Below, in pieces: positions 57,294 through 64,000 of a DNA stretch of 64,000 nucleotides; the stretch's first letter is position 1, and the number at the start of each line of letters is the position of its first letter. The position numbers and the translations under genes were made by a program. The stretch spans positions 401,218-465,217 of the forward strand of contig NW_019217858.1 in assembly GCF_002571385.2 (NCBI RefSeq). The letters run 5' to 3'. Under the pieces are notes generated by a model. The model had not been told where the DNA came from, did not search any database, and saw nothing but the letters and a program-made list of their open reading frames with translations. The DNA is from Stylophora pistillata. Lineage: Eukaryota.

Positions 57294-60200
57294 CAAGTAA
57301 AACTGTCTAACATTAAAATGCGATTTTGGCTGCATACAAAACTACGGAGTTTATCATTTTTTAGACAAGGACACGAGAGAATCACAAATCAGTTTTAGAA
57401 TGTTGTAAGAGATGGTCATTTTAATTCGAGAAGCTTCAGTGTAATCATTTAAGCCCCATGGAATATCAATCGCAGCATCCCTAAAAATAATCTTGTGTAA
57501 TAATTTTCATTTGATGGGTCACAAGTCGTCCAATTTGGTCGTCATCCACTTGCTAAAACCTATTCGATGTCGCAAAACATTTTGCTTTTTTTAAGGTGGC
57601 TGCTTTCAATAATCCCACATTGGAATTTCATCAAAAGACAACGCGTGTGCCGGTTAGACAGATGACCCTGGTCTTGAAAAGAGCGATCGCACCACAGACA
57701 CTTGATACAACGTTTGACAATGTAGTTTTTGTAAGCCAAGGAAATCTACCTCTTAGGAGGTATATAAGTTAATTACACAAGGACACCGTATATTTTGCGA
57801 TAAAAAAACGACTACTAAATATCTTAAAAATGAGTGGATTGCGCACCACCCTGAGAGAACTTTGCCCCTAAAGTAGATTTGCCTGAAGCTTGATAAGGGA
57901 TGCTAAACTTAATTGTTAGAGAGATATTGATAAACTAGCTTGAAAGAAAATTCATAGACAGGTGTCTTATTTTTCTTTGAAGAACCATGGAACATCATAA
58001 TTCAAATTTCCTTGTCTAACATGGGTTTCACGAACTTATCCTGAAGAAATCATTCTGATCTAAGCAAAACAAAATCTAGAATGTTTCGAACAAGTTTGAT
58101 CTTTAAATATTTCCAAAACTTTTTCTTAAAAGCTATAGGTATTAACACTGAGGGGAAAGCATCGCGAGCAAGGAGTACTATACAATACTATGGAAAAATA
58201 AAAATTATTTGTGTGAGGAGATACTTAGTATCTCAGTTGAAGGAATTCTAATTCTGCACACTGACCTATCAATTAGTTTATGTTAGTCATTATGAAAGAA
58301 AGCACAGTCGAATTTATCCTGTGCATTATCATCAGATATGACATCTTGTACAAACAACTTCATGGATATCCAATATGAACAGCTGGCTAACAATAAGTCC
58401 GTTACAAGATGTAATTCTGAAATACCTTGTATTTCATTGCTCTCATTATTCGTTTATTAGTACCTTTAATGTAGTGAAATCCGTTTAAATAACTTGGAAA
58501 TTGGCTACAAGCTAAGGACAAGATGACGTTGTTCTTAAATTCTTGTTTAAAAGGTTGCGAGCAGCGATTATTTCATGGATTTAAGCATTATACTTCCACT
58601 ACCTAGTGATATTGCCTAAAATTCCATTGCACCTCACCAACCGTCCAATCTCGAGAGGGAAATGTAAGATGATAAGGAATCATTTCAAATAACTAAATGA
58701 TGTTCTTAACACCTCAAAAGATCAAGCCATGGAACGATTTTTCCATACTAGAGTTCTTTAAAAAACAGTCGCTCATCGCACGTGTGTTGTTTACAAAGAC
58801 AGATACAACGAACGCATTTCGCCTATCTCTTGAATCGCTGGCTATGCATACTTCAAAACATTACCAGAGCAACTAACTCGTTTTGTTGCCTTTCTAAACG
58901 CAAAAGGCGTGAAAATATTTCCCAGTCTTCCGTAAATTGACTTGGAGACCTGGCTTGACAGTTCAGGTCCGAAACTTCGTACGAAGGACCAAGGGGCACT
59001 GACGCGAATACTTCACGATTTTCAATTAACTCTTGATAGTTTCAGTTTTCTTCTGCTTATTTTCTCCTTCACCTTATTTTCCAAGGTAGCTTTGTTTTAC
59101 TGGGTACTTTATTTTGAGACACTTGAGCATGCATGTCAAATGAAATGTTGCCTAGTTTGACATCGATGAACTAAGCACATCCAAGGAGTATAAATTGACA
59201 GTCTTTTCGACATGCAATGATTGCTTGGATTATGTAGATTATCTAGAATTCAAAACTCATCTTTAACTTATGTCTTAGAGTAGTCTTAAAAAAATTCACA
59301 CGCTGCAAATGAAAAAATACACCACACAGGAAAAAAATAATCCAGGTACTACTCAATAGTAAGGTATTGTAATGTATAAAAAATGAGAGGAAAATCTCGT
59401 TTGGACAATATAATTTCAGTAAAGAAACCTCCTGTATGTAGCAAACGCGGTTAATACACAAAAAAATGATAACAGAGGAATTTTACTGACCCGAGGTCGG
59501 ATTCACCATGTTGTGTTTCTTCGGCAACAGCAGAATTAGAACTGCAAGTTAAAAAACTATTTCATTATCCAACTCTGATTATAACAAAGACTTGAGTGAA
59601 ATTCCTTTATCCCTTCACTGATTCATACCCTAACATGATAATAACGTATCAAGACCACTAACAATTGATGACTTTATTCAGAACCTTTAATTCTAGTACA
59701 ATAACCAATATTTGTGGCCAACAAGAGAAATTTTTATCCAGTTGTTCCTGCCTTGAAAGAAACTTCAAAGAGAGGGAGGCTAAATTCAACATCGGCAGAG
59801 CATAGAAGTGTAGAAACAGATTAAGATGCAGAAAAGCTGGCTCAAAGTCACACATGTAGCCGAGGACCGGCAGACAGTTATTGTACTAATGGAGTGCTTT
59901 TGTGACTTAGAGAAGTTAAGTGCCATTCTGTAAAAGGGTAAGTAAGGTTTAAGTGAATTAGAAATCACTGAACCGATGAAAGAACACGCATTGCTGTTAG
60001 TCTGCTCCTTTAAGCTTGTTTGTTAGGTGATAAAGTTTTTAACTTTTGTCTTCAGGAAGGTCAGATCAATTTTGAGCTCACCTCTCTAACCAGCAAAACT
60101 GATCTCGAGAAATTTGTATATCACTAATTCTTTACAACAATTTTATTCATTGAATAACACATTTGACATATGATGAAAGGAAGTTCGAGAAGTCCGTGCA

Positions 60201-63200
60201 AAAGTAGATGACGACCTTCTCGCTTTAGGTTGACGCACAGATATATAACATTACTGAAACCAGATAGGATATTAAAGATTTGGTATATGGTGTCTCTTTA
60301 CATCACAAAGAAGGGATTGCGAGAGCATTCTTACAAGGAAAGTAACAAAAAGACCCAACTATACAGCAAAGAGTCAACCTGCTAACCATTTAAGCTGCAT
60401 AACACGAGTGATTACATTTCGATTAAGAAACTATGCAGTTATTGATTTACAGTTCGATAATAGAGGGATTAGACTATTTTCGGAATAATCATCAACCTTG
60501 TTGTTTCTTTGCTTTGCCGATTTGCATGGTTCACAATTTTATATCTTAGAAACGATGCGTGGGCGTTTTTGCGGAAGCACTGCATTGGGAACTCAGGCGA
60601 TGACTGACTTCTCATTGTGTTATTTTTAAAACAATTTTTGATTTAAGGGTATCGGCTTTTCGAGTCGTAAGACAACGTGTCGCCTTTCTTCGTGATAGCC
60701 GAGCTACGCTAAGTGCCCTTCTTATGAGCAGTCGGCTGACACCCCGGATAAAAGAATCAAACACATGCAAGATACCTTGAATCTAAATTGCAATGACTTT
60801 GATTTTTATTTTGCCGAAGAAAAGCACATTGAGTAATCTGTATTTGGTGCAAGTACGAATTACAAAGTAATATAGCCAGAAACGCTTCACGAGTGCCTGA
60901 AAAGAGTTTAATGCCTTCACTTTACTCCTATGCTAATACAATTAGTGATGACGAGTAGCATTAATTAGGCCATATTACATACCGAGTCTGAATAAGTGAG
61001 TAACAAAATCTACTGCTCACGCCGGACTCCAAGCCGCGAAGTTTTCAGCTTTTTAGCCAATTCCAATATAACATAATGGGGGTTCTAGCTATTAACACCA
61101 TTAGCCGTACCGACAAGGAATATAGTACATTACCATCAACTGGAGAAAGTATATTAGCCATCCTATTGCCATCGCTTTTTTTTTTCGAATCCTTTATGGC
61201 TTCCCAAATTTTCATCTTCAGGTGACTGGTTGGGTTAAATAATTTCTAAACTTCACGTGACAGGTTAAAGGCGTCCGAAAAGAAAAAATTAAAAGCTTGC
61301 TGTTGATATCTACTTCTACTAAATACCTTGCGTGTTTGGATTTTTGATGCGTACAAATCTTGTTTACGACATGTCACTCCCATTGACGTGCACGGAGAAA
61401 ATGTATCAGTTCAACGAACTGTTTTACCAACACTAACGACAAGGTCTCCAACGTCCGCGATTGGAACGAGTTTTGATTTTATTCAGTTTTGTCCATTAAA
61501 TACAGAAACACTTATGTTCTGGCGAACCACTCGTTCGTTGATTTGGTCTACTCTGAACGTGTGCCAGCCACTACGGAACTTTAAGGGCGTGAGCACAAGT
61601 TCACCTCGGAAATCTGAACTTAACATGCAACACACTATCGCTCTCTGCTCTTGCCTTGAATAAATTCGTCGTACTAATATTTAGCAGCGTACGATAAGTT
61701 TTAAGAAAATGCAGTTTCCTTCATTTGTATGGGTGAATTGAGAACGGTTTTGTCGTGGGGCTAAGGTATGTTATGCATTTTTTTCTCCTCAAATTTGGCC
61801 GTTTTCGTTTTGATTTGTTCTAGTATTGTATGCGATTGCAATTGTCAGCTTAAAATAAAACGTATTGATTTACCAATAGATTTCCTACAATTCTTTCGAG
61901 CGTGCGGTATCGGTCATCCACACCAATAATACAGACTGGGAATCGACGAAATGAGAATATGTCGGTCAAGAACACTTGTCCCTTCAGAGTGCTCAAACTT
62001 AAAAATATCCAAATTGACCCGTCAGATACCCACCGAAGGTCGCTGATGTGACAGAAACTGAAAGAAAGATTTCGTCAGCTAAACTATCTGAATGTAACAC
62101 CAGACCTTGCCTTACAAGATTTAGACAAGGAATGCGCAGGTTAACATACAAGACTAAACTGGTGGGCCTTCCGGAACAATCCATCTAATTCGATTTTTTG
62201 CTCTTCCATTTTTGAAGAAAGTCTTAAATTTCAGCCTGAAAATCTTGACTCACGAAAAAGTAATTATTGCTGGTTGAACGCCGTCCGACGTTTGTCGGGA
62301 AAGAGGGCTCAGACTATTGTTTCCTTCTCATTGTCTAAGTCCTCGAATGAAAAGAGATTAACGATTTATTATAAATAATGTTTATAGTTCAGTTAATTGA
62401 CGAGTGATCCCAAGTTCTCAGGTTATTTGTCTCTCTTTTTAGCAGCCGATGTAAGATTAACAGAATACCATTAAGAAACCTGACAAAAAGTCTGGGACAT
62501 CCCTCATCGATGCTTTACTCTCAAAGCCGCTTTATGCTACGGAAACCAGGATAAGCTCCGTTCGATTAACTACTTGGCTATTTGAAGACGTAATCCTTTA
62601 TTGCACAAATCAACTAAGACTTTTAATTGAATTGCCTAGAAGTCCTCAGAAAAGATGCTAGTAAATTCCTCTGGCCTAAACTCCTTCCTTTAATTTGTGG
62701 TTAACCCTTTAAACACCCACATCTTAGCCGCCATGAAAGAAAAAAACCTGTTGAGCTTAAACTTTACTGCACACCCATAAATTCCAAGAGTGACCGACAT
62801 ATCAAAGTCTTGAATTTTCAAATTCCACGCTAAATCTGCTTTAAGTACCTTTAACCAAAAATAAACAAATGGAGGTCGCAGATTGTCAATGTACATGTAT
62901 TTAATAATAAACTATCCACAACATGTCAGGAGATATTTCACTCCATTGAACATTTTTCCGCATTGACAAGGTAGTATTTCCTAGCGTTTTGATAACATTG
63001 TTTGCTGAGAAATATGTTGGCAAACCAAAAGGAGACAAATTATTTCGGATGCTGAAACATTCATAACGGCAGTTTGCAACTACTGAACACTGCACGTATC
63101 TTTACAAGTTAATGAAACTATCTGTCGCTTATCTGGTGATTCATCAGTAATGCTTTTGGCAAGTTTCTTCTTAACCCAATATAAACTCGTGAAACTATTT

Positions 63201-64000
63201 AAGCAATGCAACCTTTGAAAAAGTTTATTTGTGAGGGTAAGCTTTATTGAGTAGCACGTTATAAATGGTTGTTTGTCGGTTACTAAACACCCACGTATCA
63301 AACATAACGAGAAATTGATTCCGTTGCTATTTGTTTGCGGAAGAGGTTGAATGATAATTTTGTTGCGCCTAAGGGCAAAAACTTAAGTTGCAGCTGTTCG
63401 CAAGTTTTATTCAGTCGTTGCTTCGCCATAACATTTTCAGTGATTTCAGTTTTGACACTAACGAAAATAGCCTGTCTGATGATCGGATACAAAATCGCGC
63501 GCTGCTAAGATTAGTATCTAAGCAGCTGATTCAAATATGACAAAATTCAAAATAAACTTTAAGAGTTTTTCTGGAAGTCTCTGGGCGTTACGAGATAAAA
63601 TAGTTTATCTCATCATACAATCAAAAATTTAGCTGTGTAATTATTTTTAGGTACGGCGGCAAATAGTCCCCTAAAAGCTGATAATTTCTTTTTACTTTTC
63701 CGCGGTGATTAGTCCTACAGATGTAAAACTGATTGACAAGCTTTGGGAAATGAGTGCGTTGGCTTTGCAACCCAAAGTGCGTGTAATTTTCAAACTAGTT
63801 TAGTAACAGTGGATGACTTATCCATGCCATAACCAACAACATCTGCACATAAGTCTGCATTTCCTTCGCACTAACAAGGCACTTACCACCAAAACCCCCT
63901 TCATCCGTGCACTAGAAACATGACCCTTGAAGTCTTTGCTAAATAGCTTACAGGCCTTATAGATAATGGCTCACTAAAGAACCCTGTAGCCAATTTTTGT

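Overview
Eukaryotic, intron-rich, AT-rich animal DNA. The repeat families resemble those of cnidarians/stony corals, which is an inference. One gene dominates: a minus-strand apolipophorin/ApoB-like large lipid transfer protein (vitellogenin superfamily) spanning about 2045-31428. I could splice it by hand as 19 coding exons, all GT-AG with consistent phases, giving about 5,974 codons, plus a non-coding terminal exon. Domain order is signal peptide, Vitellogenin_N/DUF1943/DUF1081-like LLT module, 30 exact 26-aa beta-repeats, long glycosylated 11/22-mer amphipathic helices, VWD, C8, and a VWA-like/Cys-rich tail. One exon is 13,432 nt. The top observation is a single in-frame UGA (5082-5084) inside the conserved end of the VWD domain, with about 380 intact codons downstream. 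The predicted 3'UTR carries a canonical-looking SECIS hairpin (2115-2179), so this is a candidate selenocysteine-containing lipoprotein/yolk protein; a nonsense allele or base error is the null hypothesis. The ~32 kb upstream (31.7-64 kb) has no recognisable host gene. It holds MITEs with TIRs/TSDs, an ORF1-only Tx1/L1-type retroelement, a MADF-carrying Harbinger derivative, a 1.4-kb foldback palindrome and a decayed minimal hammerhead ribozyme (a second copy lies in intron 4 of the gene).
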